DNA from: Candidatus Moraniibacteriota bacterium
GTDB taxonomy: Bacteria; Patescibacteriota; Minisyncoccia; Moranbacterales; UBA1568
DNA length: 64,000 bases
Reading direction: 5' to 3'
NCBI GenBank assembly: GCA_018061645.1
Contig: JAGOTT010000001.1
Coordinates: 1,090-65,089, forward strand
Shown in pieces: positions 1 to 11,042 of this stretch. The first letter of the stretch is position 1. The number at the start of each line of letters is the position of its first letter. The position numbers were made by a program, and so were the translations under genes. A model generated the notes under the pieces. The model was given only the letters and a program-made list of their open reading frames with translations. It made no database searches and was not told the DNA's origin.

Positions 1-59
1 TGGATGACGGAAGCGATGTGCCCGGTGAGTCCGGGACTAAAAAATAAACACGGATCGTT

Positions 60-1157
60 ATGGCGGACGGATCGGAAATACTGCATGCCGAACAACGCGT
101 GAAGAATCTGCTCCTGCTCGTCGGGCAGCAGGGCGCGTCGGATCTTCATCTCGCGGTCGGTCGGTATCCGACACTCCGCATAAACGGGAAACTGCACCCC
201 ATCACGCAGGAGAAGGTGCTGACGCCGGCGGATACGAAAGCTCTGTCGGATATCCTGCTTTCGGACGACCGGAAGGAGGAACTGCTCGCGTCCGGGCAGA
301 CGGACTTCTCGTACAACTTCGAGAACCGGATGCGGTTCCGCACGAACGTCTTCTTCCAGAAAGGCTTCGTCTCGGTGACCATGCGGTTCGTCATGGATCA
401 CGTGCGGAACCTCGAGGAACTCAATCTTCCGACCGCACTCTATAATTTCGCGAACTATTCCCAGGGGCTCGTGCTCGTGACCGGTCCCGTCGGGCATGGG
501 AAATCGACGACACTTGCCGCGATCATCGAGCATATCAACCATAACCAGGAGAAGCACATCGTGACGATCGAGGATCCGATCGAATTCGTCTACAATCAGG
601 ACCGGTGCATCATCAACCAGCGCGAGGTCGGCCGCGACGCGAAGAGCTTTCCGCTCGCCTTGCGGGCGGTGTTCCGCGAGGACGCGAACGTGGTGCTCTG
701 CGGCGAGCTCCGCGACCTGGAGACGATCGCGACGGCAATGACCGCCGCCGAGACCGGGCACCTCATCTTCGCGACGGTGCACACGAACGACGCCGCGCAA
801 ACCATCGACCGCGTCATCGACGTGTTCCCCGCACACCAGCAGAATCAGATCCGTTCCCAGCTCGCGAGCGTCCTTCTCGGGGTCGTTTCCCAGCGCCTCA
901 TCCCGAAGATGGACGGTTCCGGCCGCGTGCCGGCGATAGAGATCATGCTCAAGAATCACGCCATCGAGAATCTCATCCGCGAGAACAAGACGCATCAGCT
1001 CGACTCGGTCATCGAGACGAGCCTCAAGGAAGGCATGACATCGCTCGATCGGTCGCTGTCTGATCTTGTCCGACGCGGGATGATTTCCGTGAACGATGCC
1101 ATGATGTACGCGAAGAACCGGCAGTACCTCGAGATGCTTATCGCCAAGGAACAATAA
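60..1157 (+). CDS. pilT: Type IV pilus retraction ATPase PilT (twitching motility)
   Basis: 365 aa. Walker A GPVGHGKSTTLAAII. PilT/GspE-type ATPase core without the long N-terminal GspE domain. Followed immediately by pilC. Confidence 0.85.
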   Translation: MADGSEILHAEQRVKNLLLLVGQQGASDLHLAVGRYPTLRINGKLHPITQEKVLTPADTKALSDILLSDDRKEELLASGQTDFSYNFENRMRFRTNVFFQKGFVSVTMRFVMDHVRNLEELNLPTALYNFANYSQGLVLVTGPVGHGKSTTLAAIIEHINHNQEKHIVTIEDPIEFVYNQDRCIINQREVGRDAKSFPLALRAVFREDANVVLCGELRDLETIATAMTAAETGHLIFATVHTNDAAQTIDRVIDVFPAHQQNQIRSQLASVLLGVVSQRLIPKMDGSGRVPAIEIMLKNHAIENLIRENKTHQLDSVIETSLKEGMTSLDRSLSDLVRRGMISVNDAMMYAKNRQYLEMLIAKEQ

Positions 1158-1161
1158 CGTT

Positions 1162-2373
1162 ATGAAATTCATATTCAAGGCGAAGAATACGGAGGGGATG
1201 CTCAAGGAGGGGATCGTCGAAGCCGACACCCGTGATGCCGCGAGCCTCATTCTCCAGAAAAACGGCCTCGTTCCGCTGTCCGTCCGGGAGGAAACGCAGG
1301 TATCCGCCGCGATGAAGGAGATTTCGCGCATGTGGGAAGGCGTTTCCACGAAGGAGCTCGTGGCGTTTTTTCGCCAACTTTCCGTGCTCATCGAGGCAAA
1401 GGTTCCGGTGACTTCCTCGCTCATCGCCATCGCCGAAGAGACCGAGAACTCCTACTTCCGCATCATCCTCAAGGAGATCAAGGACGACGTGGACGACGGT
1501 ATGGCGCTTTCGGAGGCGTTCGCGAAGCACCCGACCGTCTTTACGACGATGATGGTGAACCTCATCCGCGCCGGCGAGATTTCCGGCGGGCTCCAGCGGG
1601 CGATCAACTTCGTTGCGGACAGTATCGAGAAGGATTATCACCTTACCGGGCAAATACGGGGCGCGCTCTATTATCCGGCGTTCATTCTCAGCGCCGCCTT
1701 GATCGTCGGTTTTCTCGTCATCGTCTTCATCATTCCGAAGATAACGACCATTCTTAAGGACTTTGCAGGTCAACTTCCGTGGTACACCAAGGCGATCATC
1801 GGGACATCGGATTTTCTGGCCGTCTACTGGTGGGTCGTCATCCTTCTTTTCGTGGTGGTCGGCGCCGCGTTCTACTACTATATCCGCACGCCGGACGGGA
1901 AGCGCGAATGGGAAGCGCAGATTCTCGATATTCCCGTCGTCGGCAAGATCGCTCAGTACGTCTTTCTTACGCGTCTCACCGAAAATCTCGGCGTACTCCT
2001 GAACGGCGGCATTCCGGTCGTCCGATCGCTTACCATCGTTTCGACCATCATCGGGAACGAATCCTTCAAACGGATCACGCTCCAGGCCGCGGAGGAGGTG
2101 AAGACCGGCGGGAACATGAGCACCGTCTTCTTCCAGTCCAAGGAGATACCCCATCTCGTCTCCCAGATGGTGAAGATCGGCGAGGAGTCCGGAACGCTTT
2201 CGAACATACTGAAAAGCACCGCGGATTTCTATTCGGCGGAGGTCGACGGTATGACACGGAACCTGACGGCGCTCCTCGAGCCGGCACTTATCGTCATTCT
2301 CGGTATCGGTGTCGGTATCCTCGTTGTCGGTATCCTGCTTCCGATATACAACGTCGTCGGGAATTTCGCGTAA
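1162..2373 (+). CDS. pilC: Type IV pilus inner-membrane platform protein PilC (GspF family)
   Basis: 403 aa. Duplicated GspF-type domains and TM segments. Starts 5 nt after pilT. Confidence 0.85.
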   Translation: MKFIFKAKNTEGMLKEGIVEADTRDAASLILQKNGLVPLSVREETQVSAAMKEISRMWEGVSTKELVAFFRQLSVLIEAKVPVTSSLIAIAEETENSYFRIILKEIKDDVDDGMALSEAFAKHPTVFTTMMVNLIRAGEISGGLQRAINFVADSIEKDYHLTGQIRGALYYPAFILSAALIVGFLVIVFIIPKITTILKDFAGQLPWYTKAIIGTSDFLAVYWWVVILLFVVVGAAFYYYIRTPDGKREWEAQILDIPVVGKIAQYVFLTRLTENLGVLLNGGIPVVRSLTIVSTIIGNESFKRITLQAAEEVKTGGNMSTVFFQSKEIPHLVSQMVKIGEESGTLSNILKSTADFYSAEVDGMTRNLTALLEPALIVILGIGVGILVVGILLPIYNVVGNFA

Positions 2374-2378
2374 CCCTG

Positions 2379-2493
2379 GTCATTGCGAGAGAGCGAAGTG
2401 ACCGTGGCAATCCAGAAAGCGAGCACCATTCCGAGTCCCGACCGTAACACTTCGTGTAGCGATCCGGGCAAGGAGTCTGCGAGTCGAGGAATC
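2379..2493. repeat. Composite of dispersed repeat families R2 (GTCATTGCGAG..AGCGAA, 2379-2398) and R1 (CCATTCCGAGT..GAGTCTGCGAGTCGAGGAATC, 2426-2493, interrupted by a 36-nt insert)
   Basis: R1 recurs nearly identically at 10561-10592 and, reverse-complemented, at 37846-37880. R2 recurs at 29828-29853 and, reverse-complemented, at 29878-29903. Confidence 0.6.
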
Positions 2494-2525
2494 CCGTCGA
2501 AAAAGGACTCTTGACTCGATATGGA

Positions 2526-2554
2526 TTGTCCGAAATTCGGAAAAGGAGTATACT
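2526..2554 (+). promoter_or_regulatory. Candidate sigma70-like promoter for the pilin operon (TTGTCC-17-TATACT)
   Basis: -35-like and -10-like hexamers with 17-nt spacer about 50 nt upstream of pilin 1. Strong RBS AGGAGG at 2592. Confidence 0.3.
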
Positions 2555-2603
2555 GGAGACGTCGGAACAAGAAATAAAAACATAAAAGGAAAGGAGGTGC
2601 GAT

Positions 2604-3032
2604 ATGGCAAAAAACATGAAAAAAGGATTTACCCTCATCGAACTTCTCATCGTCATCGCGATTATCGGTATTCTCGCGTCGATCGTGCTTGTGAGTCTCT
2701 CGAGTGCGCGTGAGAAGGCGAATATCGCCGCGTACAAGGCACAGGTGAGCTCTCTGAAAGCGGCAGTTCAAGTTGAATGCGACACGCAGGTTCTGGACTT
2801 CGCGAACGTAAATGCATTGAAAGCTGGTGCGGATCGGATAGCCGATCTCACGGACAACGCAGATATATCAACAGGAACCGCGGCGTCTGATTGCGGAACA
2901 ACCGGAAATGGATCATACGATATTGCTGTCGAATCCGTTGATCTTGGTGGTTCTGCTGCGGCTACGGCTTGTGAAACTGCAAATGGGACTCATATCCTTC
3001 AAACAGGTGCGACGTTCCCTGGCGGATGTTAG
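2604..3032 (+). CDS. Type IV major pilin, paralogue 1 (prepilin N-terminal cleavage/methylation domain)
   Basis: [26 protein letters not shown] class-III leader with G-1, F+1, E+5. Four Cys. C-terminal GC. Confidence 0.85.
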   Translation: MAKNMKKGFTLIELLIVIAIIGILASIVLVSLSSAREKANIAAYKAQVSSLKAAVQVECDTQVLDFANVNALKAGADRIADLTDNADISTGTAASDCGTTGNGSYDIAVESVDLGGSAAATACETANGTHILQTGATFPGGC

Positions 3033-3057
3033 TCGATATTTACCCAATAAAAAAATT

Positions 3058-3501
3058 ATGAAAAAAGGATTTACCCTCATCGAACTTCTTATTGTCATCG
3101 CGATCATCGGTATTCTCGCGTCGATCGTGCTTGTGAGTCTCTCGAGTGCGCGTGAGAAGGCGAATGTCGCCTCTTTTAAAGCACAAGCGAGTTCTCTTAA
3201 TGCTGCTATCATGATAGCATGTGACGGTGCAGTGCTTTCAGGCGCCATTGTTGAAGCGCTGCTTCCGGCTGGTGGAGGAAAAATTGATGGAGGCGCCGCT
3301 TCGGCTGCCCACTCCGCGATAGTGGACGCTGATGTAACATTGGGAACACTTGCGGCAAACTGTGGTACCACTGGAAATGGCGCCTACACGGTAACCGTTC
3401 AGTCGGTAGATCTTGGATCATCTCCCGCGGCCGTTGCTTGTGAAGCAGTTGATAGCGTGACCCTCCAGCAAACTGGTGTAACGTTTGCAGCCGGATGCTA
3501 G
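3058..3501 (+). CDS. Type IV major pilin, paralogue 2
   Basis: Internal ATG at 3058 gives [36 protein letters not shown]. First 35 aa are identical to paralogue 1; C-terminal half is divergent. Four Cys, ends AGC. Confidence 0.85.
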   Translation: MKKGFTLIELLIVIAIIGILASIVLVSLSSAREKANVASFKAQASSLNAAIMIACDGAVLSGAIVEALLPAGGGKIDGGAASAAHSAIVDADVTLGTLAANCGTTGNGAYTVTVQSVDLGSSPAAVACEAVDSVTLQQTGVTFAAGC

Positions 3502-3523
3502 CTCAGTATTTTCGGCCTCAGGA

Positions 3524-3557
3524 AAGACAGAAGCCAGAAATGGCTTCTGTCTTTTTA
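3524..3557 (+). terminator. Rho-independent terminator after pilin 2
   Basis: AAAGACAGAAGCC-AGAAAT-GGCTTCTGTCTTTTT: 11-bp stem plus T-run. Confidence 0.6.
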
Positions 3558-3609
3558 TCGGATAGTGTATACTTTCCTCAGTGGATGAAAATAAAAACAG
3601 CATGATGAT

Positions 3610-3996
3610 ATGAAAAGCATAAAAAAAGGATTTACCCTCATCGAACTTCTTATTGTCATCGCGATTATCGGTATTCTCGCCTCAATCGTGCTTGTGAGTC
3701 TCTCGAGTGCGCGTGAACGTGCCTACGTCGCAAAATTCAAATCCGTAATCCGATCGATACAGGTGCAGGCCGTTTCCGCGTGCGATGATGGAATTATCGA
3801 TTATACTGATATCACCGGATCGTTCGGGGATATCCCGGACGATACTATCGATGTGGCGGGCATCCAGGATAATGGGCAGTCCTGTGGATTGTCGAACATC
3901 CAGTCCTTTAGTGCCGATATTCCTTCCTCTAATCTTGATGTTTCGTGTACCGCTGTCATTGAAGAGACTGGTGTGACAAGCTTTTCCGGTTGTTAA
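3610..3996 (+). CDS. Type IV major pilin, paralogue 3
   Basis: [36 protein letters not shown]. Four Cys, ends SGC. Has its own upstream TATACT box. Confidence 0.85.
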   Translation: MKSIKKGFTLIELLIVIAIIGILASIVLVSLSSARERAYVAKFKSVIRSIQVQAVSACDDGIIDYTDITGSFGDIPDDTIDVAGIQDNGQSCGLSNIQSFSADIPSSNLDVSCTAVIEETGVTSFSGC

Positions 3997-4003
3997 ACTC
4001 TAT

Positions 4004-4336
4004 ATGAATTTGTTTTTGAAGCACGGAATACTTCTTTTTTCCGCAGTTCTTCTTGCTGTTTCCACCGTCCTTGTTCCGATCGTATTGGTTCACGATAAAG
4101 AGAGCGCTCGAGTGGTCTGGTATGGTTTCCCGTTCCAATTTATCGCTCAGGATTTTAGCGGTATCGCTGAGAAATCATTTTTTCCGAGATATATCGATTT
4201 TTTTGAGAATTGGGAAAATATTCGTATTGCGGATTATTCAGTGTGGAATTTTATTTTCTCATTATTCATATTTGCTGTTTTACTTGAGTCCACTATTTTA
4301 TTCTTGGAGTGGTTGAAGCGAGTCGTAAAAGGGTGA
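4004..4336 (+). CDS. Hypothetical small membrane protein (AT-rich gene)
   Basis: 110 aa with two hydrophobic segments. GC clearly lower than the neighbouring genes. Lies between pilin 3 and the pilD fragment. Confidence 0.4.
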   Translation: MNLFLKHGILLFSAVLLAVSTVLVPIVLVHDKESARVVWYGFPFQFIAQDFSGIAEKSFFPRYIDFFENWENIRIADYSVWNFIFSLFIFAVLLESTILFLEWLKRVVKG

Positions 4337-4340
4337 CCAC

Positions 4341-4478
4341 ATGATATTCCTTCTCTTCATCTTCGGGCTCGTACTCGGGAGCTTCCTCAATGTCATACTG
4401 TTCCGATTCGGAACGGGAAAGTTAGTGACTCGAATTGAACATGGATTTCTTGACATAATATCCAAATTAGTATATATT
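4341..4478 (+). pseudogene. Truncated 5' fragment of prepilin peptidase gene (duplicate of pilD start)
   Basis: 4341-4421 encodes MIFLLFIFGLVLGSFLNVILFRFGTG. This is about 88% identical at nucleotide level to pilD 5690-5770, then diverges into AT-rich sequence and stops at 4476. Confidence 0.6.
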
Positions 4479-4508
4479 TAGGTCATATTAATAACCTTTA
4501 TAGTACTT

Positions 4509-5636
4509 ATGTTCGTCAGAAGAGATATCCAAGATGAAGTGCAGAAGTCCCTTTTCAAAGGGAAAATAATCGTTTTGTACGGAGCGCGGCAGGTCGGAAA
4601 GACGACTCTGGTTCAAGAAATCTTGCGGGAATCCGGTTCTGATTCCGTGTATCTGAATTGCGATGAGCCCGACATCAGGATGGCGCTGACGGATAAGACT
4701 TCGACGGAATTGAAATCATTTATCGGCTCAAAACGTCTCGTGGTCATCGACGAGGCGCAGCGCGTGGAGAATATCGGGCTGACATTGAAATTGATCGCGG
4801 ACACTTTCCCTGAGACGCAGATCATTGCGACGGGGTCTTCGTCGTTCGAATTGTCCGGAAAAATCGCGGAGCCGTTGACCGGACGGAAACGGGAATTTTT
4901 TCTCTATCCGTTTTCTGTCGGCGAGCTTCTCCGGACAGAAACACCGATCGAGGCGGATCGTCTTTTGGAAGATCGGCTGATATTCGGTATGTACCCCGGC
5001 GTGATGATGAGTGGAACCGAACGGGGGAACAGGGTGCGCGAACTCGCGACGAGTTATTCGTACAAGGATGTGCTTGCGTATCAGAATATCCGCAACCCGG
5101 AACTTCTGGAAAAACTTCTGCAGGCATTGGCGCTTCAGATCGGAAACGAGGTTTCCTATACCGAACTCGCGCAGACCGTGGGCGCGAACAAGGTTACCGT
5201 GGAGAACTATGTCCGTATTCTGGAGCAGGCGTATATCGTGTTCCGTGTCGGACCGTTCTCGCGGAATGTGAGAAACGAGCTCAAAAAGAAACGGAAAATC
5301 TATTTTTACGACCTTGGTATGCGAAATGCGCTTATCAACAATCTCAATCCGATCGCGCTCCGGCAGGATATAGGAGCTTTGTGGGAGAATTTTCTCGTGA
5401 GCGAGCGATTGAAGCGGAATAGCAATGCCGGTATCGCAGTGAATCGATATTTTTGGCGCACGACAAGCGGGAAGGAAATAGATTATCTCGAGGATGCCGG
5501 TGGTGCGCTTCGGGGCTATGAATTCAAATGGAGGAAAGAGAGATTTTCAATCCCGAAAGAATTTCTGATCGGATATCCGGGGAGCGATGTGTCGCTGGTA
5601 AATCGTGAGAATTATCGTGAATTCCTTACGCTGTGA
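4509..5636 (+). CDS. AAA-family ATPase with DUF4143-type C-terminal domain (COG1373-like ATP-binding protein)
   Basis: 375 aa. Walker A LYGARQVGKTTL, Walker B VVIDEAQ. Architecture typical of COG1373 ATPases. Sits inside the duplicated pilD-start boundaries. Confidence 0.75.
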   Translation: MFVRRDIQDEVQKSLFKGKIIVLYGARQVGKTTLVQEILRESGSDSVYLNCDEPDIRMALTDKTSTELKSFIGSKRLVVIDEAQRVENIGLTLKLIADTFPETQIIATGSSSFELSGKIAEPLTGRKREFFLYPFSVGELLRTETPIEADRLLEDRLIFGMYPGVMMSGTERGNRVRELATSYSYKDVLAYQNIRNPELLEKLLQALALQIGNEVSYTELAQTVGANKVTVENYVRILEQAYIVFRVGPFSRNVRNELKKKRKIYFYDLGMRNALINNLNPIALRQDIGALWENFLVSERLKRNSNAGIAVNRYFWRTTSGKEIDYLEDAGGALRGYEFKWRKERFSIPKEFLIGYPGSDVSLVNRENYREFLTL

Positions 5637-5689
5637 ATGTCGTATGCGCTGATGCGATCACTCCCTGTATTCCATGATACAATGTCCGC

Positions 5690-6481
5690 ATGGTATTCAT
5701 TCTCTTCATCTTCGGGCTCGTTCTCGGGAGTTTTCTCAATGTCGTGCTGTTCCGATTCGGAACGGGAGAAACGATGGTTTCGGGGCGGTCGCGGTGCAAC
5801 GCGTGTCGGGAGCCGATTGCGTGGTATGACAATATTCCGCTTCTCTCCTTTGTTTTTCTCCGTGGGAAGTGTCGGAAGTGCGGCGCGAAGATTTCTCTTC
5901 AATATCCGGCGGTCGAGCTTTCGACCGCGCTCCTGTTCGCGTTCGCAGGGGTGAGATTTTATGTGCCGGAAAGCGTGAATGCGGCGCTCGAGACGACTCT
6001 TGCATTGGGTCTTATCGCGACGCTCGTCGTCATCTTCGTCTACGACCTCCGGCACATGGAGATTCCCGTGTCCGCGCTCGGTTTCGGGATACTCTGGACA
6101 ATGTTCTCGCTTTTTTTCCTGTGGTGGCTCGCGTTGCCGCGGGAAGCGTTTCTCGATTCCCGGTTCTTCGACGGTCTGGTCGGCGGAGCGATCGCCTTTT
6201 CGCTCTTCTATGCGATCGTCTTTTTTTCGAAAGAGACATGGATGGGGGAGGGGGATGCATGGCTCGCGCTCCTTCTCGGCCTCGCCGTCGGATGGAAACT
6301 GCTCCTGCCTGCGCTCACGCTCGCGTTCGGGTCGGGGGCGATCGTCGGTATCGCGCTCATCGCGATGAAACGGAAGGAGATGCAAAGCCGGATTCCTTTC
6401 GGACCGTTCCTCGCAGCCTCCGTGCTTTTCATGTTGTTTTTTGGTACAATGGTGAAGCGATACTTTTTCTTCGGAATGTGA
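5690..6481 (+). CDS. pilD: Prepilin peptidase PilD (A24 family)
   Basis: 263 aa. N-terminal Zn-binding CNAC...CRKC. Multiple TM helices. Confidence 0.85.
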   Translation: MVFILFIFGLVLGSFLNVVLFRFGTGETMVSGRSRCNACREPIAWYDNIPLLSFVFLRGKCRKCGAKISLQYPAVELSTALLFAFAGVRFYVPESVNAALETTLALGLIATLVVIFVYDLRHMEIPVSALGFGILWTMFSLFFLWWLALPREAFLDSRFFDGLVGGAIAFSLFYAIVFFSKETWMGEGDAWLALLLGLAVGWKLLLPALTLAFGSGAIVGIALIAMKRKEMQSRIPFGPFLAASVLFMLFFGTMVKRYFFFGM

Positions 6482-7056
6482 ACGATCGAATCAGGAATCA
6501 GGAATCAGGAATCAGGAATCATGCTCGAAGGAGTAATGGATTCACGCTTGTCGAACTCGTGGTTTCCATGGCGATCCTTTCGACTATGGCGGCGGTGACC
6601 ATCATCTCGATGGGAGGATCGAAGACGAGGCAGGAGGTCGAAGGCGCGGCGCGCCAGCTTGCCGCAGCGATCCGCGAGACTCAGAATTATGCGCTTACCG
6701 GGAAGAATATCGGTGCGGCAGGGGACGTGCCGTGCCAGTTCCGCGTGAATGTGAATATCGGTACGTCGGTCTCCGATTTCACGGTGCAACAGATCAGGTT
6801 CGTATCCGGAACATGCGATACGAATTCTGGCGCACCGATGACGTATTCTCTTCCAAGCGGAGTCCAATTTTCCGCGGATGCCCATGTCAGGTTCGATGTC
6901 CCGCGCGGCGAACCGAAAAATTCCGCCGGAACGGAAATCGGTACTTCCGGAGTGACGCATGTGGATTTCTCGTTCGCGAAGAACGGTTCGACCGCGCATG
7001 TGTGCGTGTATCCGCTCGGACGGGTGGAAGAGAAAATCGGAGTGAATTGCATTTGA
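6478..7056 (+). CDS. Minor pilin / pseudopilin (GspH-like), GTG start overlapping the pilD stop (ATGTGA)
   Basis: Frame 1 has no in-frame ATG. GTG at 6478 gives MNDRIRNQESGIRNHARRSN|GFTLVELVVSMAIL, a basic leader followed by a canonical G/FTLVE site. The alternative ATG at 6521 is in another frame. Start remains uncertain. Confidence 0.5.
   Translation: MNDRIRNQESGIRNHARRSNGFTLVELVVSMAILSTMAAVTIISMGGSKTRQEVEGAARQLAAAIRETQNYALTGKNIGAAGDVPCQFRVNVNIGTSVSDFTVQQIRFVSGTCDTNSGAPMTYSLPSGVQFSADAHVRFDVPRGEPKNSAGTEIGTSGVTHVDFSFAKNGSTAHVCVYPLGRVEEKIGVNCI
6488..6520 (+). repeat. Heptanucleotide tandem repeat (GAATCAG) x4.7
   Basis: Direct reading: gaatcag gaatcag gaatcag gaatcag gaatc. Lies inside the predicted leader-peptide coding region of the next gene. 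Confidence 0.9.
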
Positions 7057-7073
7057 TTTTTCCGTAAAGCAAC

Positions 7074-7640
7074 ATGCCGCATCAAAAACAAAAAACATTG
7101 AAAGGTTTCTCGCTCGGGGAAGTGATACTTTCCGTCGCGGTGCTCACCATCGGCTTGCTCCCGATACTCGGCGCGATGACCGGCGCTCTCAATACGTCGC
7201 AGGATAGCCAGGAAACCGTCATCGCCGCGGGTCTTGCTCAGGAGGGCGTGGAGCTTGTCGTGAATGTGAAGGATAACGGTGTGCTCGCTTCAAACGATGC
7301 CTTCGTCTCTTTTTCGTCTGGAAACCGGACGTGTCGGATCGATTATAATGATGCCGCACTTACGACTCCCGCTATAGACGATATCGACTGTACCGCAGCA
7401 GGAGGCGACGGGACTTTTTATGATCTCATTTTATCTGGTGGTTTCTATGTTCATGACAGCAACGCAGGCACAGTCGGGAAATTCAAGCGAAAAGTGTTCA
7501 TAGACTACAATGTCGGTCAACAGACTGCTTCGATTGCGAGCGCCGTGTATTGGAGCGCGCATGTTCCGAATGATAAATCGACCTGTACTACCGCGAACAG
7601 CTGCGTATATTCGGAGGCGACGCTTCGGCCGTGGAAATAG
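7074..7640 (+). CDS. Minor pilin (prepilin-type N-terminal domain)
   Basis: MPHQKQKTLKGFSLGEVILSVAVLTIGLLP, with G-1/F+1/E+5 pattern and a hydrophobic helix. Confidence 0.6.
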   Translation: MPHQKQKTLKGFSLGEVILSVAVLTIGLLPILGAMTGALNTSQDSQETVIAAGLAQEGVELVVNVKDNGVLASNDAFVSFSSGNRTCRIDYNDAALTTPAIDDIDCTAAGGDGTFYDLILSGGFYVHDSNAGTVGKFKRKVFIDYNVGQQTASIASAVYWSAHVPNDKSTCTTANSCVYSEATLRPWK

Positions 7641-7672
7641 TTTCGGATGTGAACATGATGTAACGAACCGAT

Positions 7673-8221
7673 ATGAAAACAAAAAAAGGGTTTACATTGA
7701 TGGAGATGATCATCTCGATGGCGGTGCTCGTCATCATGTCGACCGCGCTCGCGGGAGCGTTTTCGTCGGGATTTTCGACATTCGGTTCCTCGCGCGAGCT
7801 CCAACGGAATCTCGAGAACGCCCAATATGCGCTGAACACGATCGAGAAGTTTCTCCGGACGAGCACGGTGCTGTCGGGGGACGGGACTGCCGGAAACCCG
7901 CTCGTCTTTTACGAGTATTCCTCGGGGCGGTGTTTCAGGTATCGGATCAATGCGGGTTCGCTGGAGGCAGGCTGGTATCCGTCTCCGAACCCATCGAATC
8001 CGCCGGTTTGTGCCTCGGGGTCTTTCCCGGCATATTCGAGTGTTACCACCGGTCATGTAGCAGGCGGTTTTTCCGTGGTGCAATCCTCGCCATCGACGAC
8101 TCCGAAAAGGATGGGTCGGGTGACGGTGAATCTTTCCGTGAAAGAGAGCGCGACTGCGACCATGGAGTCCCGTATCCAGGCGACGGCGTCGCTGCGGGAC
8201 TACAGCTACGTCGGATTCTGA
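7673..8221 (+). CDS. Minor pilin (prepilin-type N-terminal domain)
   Basis: MKTKKGFTLMEMIISMAVLVIMSTALAG. Confidence 0.65.
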   Translation: MKTKKGFTLMEMIISMAVLVIMSTALAGAFSSGFSTFGSSRELQRNLENAQYALNTIEKFLRTSTVLSGDGTAGNPLVFYEYSSGRCFRYRINAGSLEAGWYPSPNPSNPPVCASGSFPAYSSVTTGHVAGGFSVVQSSPSTTPKRMGRVTVNLSVKESATATMESRIQATASLRDYSYVGF

Positions 8222-10492
<2,271 letters not shown>

Positions 10493-10496
10493 ATTT

Positions 10497-10650
10497 CAAA
10501 GTTCAAATGTCAAATGACAAATCAAGCTCAAATGATAAAAATCCAAAAACGCCTCCGCTACCATTCCGAGTGAGTCTGCGAGTCGAGGAATCTTTTTTGG
10601 AATTTCGATTTAGGATTTGATTTGATATTTGAAATTTGAGTTTTGACATT
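10497..10650. repeat. Intergenic AT-rich inverted arrays of 7-mer units (TCAAATG-like, then CATTTGA-like) flanking an R1 repeat copy (10561-10592) and a T-run
   Basis: Left arm ttcaaag ttcaaat gtcaaat gacaaat. Right arm gatttga tttgata tttgaaa tttgagt, its approximate reverse complement. R1 and TTTTTT lie between. Confidence 0.55.
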
Positions 10651-10657
10651 ACTTCGT

Positions 10658-10942
10658 ATGCTTTCGACCGAAGAAGTGAAACATATAGCGCTGCTCGCCC
10701 GCATCGGACTTTCCGATGCGGAGGTGGGTCGCCACCGCACCGACCTTTCCCAGGTTTTGGATTTTTTCAAGGAGCTTGAATCCTTGGATACGGGCGATGC
10801 GACGGATGCCGGGATCCCCGAGAAAGAGAACGATTATCGTGAGGATCGCGCCGAGGATTTCGGGGCACACGGCAGAAAGGCGATCATGGAAAACATACCG
10901 GAAACGAAGGATGGATACGTGAAGGTGAAATCCGTTTTTTAG
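10658..10942 (+). CDS. gatC: Asp/Glu-tRNA amidotransferase subunit C
   Basis: About 94 aa: MLSTEEVKHIALLARIGLSDAEV... The ORF-track start at 10643 is a TTG; the ATG at 10658 is preferred. Confidence 0.75.
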   Translation: MLSTEEVKHIALLARIGLSDAEVGRHRTDLSQVLDFFKELESLDTGDATDAGIPEKENDYREDRAEDFGAHGRKAIMENIPETKDGYVKVKSVF

Positions 10943-11042
10943 AAAATGGAAAATAAAAATCTCAAAATGAAAAATTCAGGAATCCGCCTCCGGCGGATAT
11001 GACAATTTTTTTTATCTTTGATTTTCCCGTTTTGATTTTTCT

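Noticed and set aside
5869-7056. 395-aa ORF spanning pilD and the pseudopilin
   Set aside because: Upstream portion is an out-of-frame Arg-rich artefact across pilD. Only the 3' part (from GTG 6478) is a real pilin-like gene.
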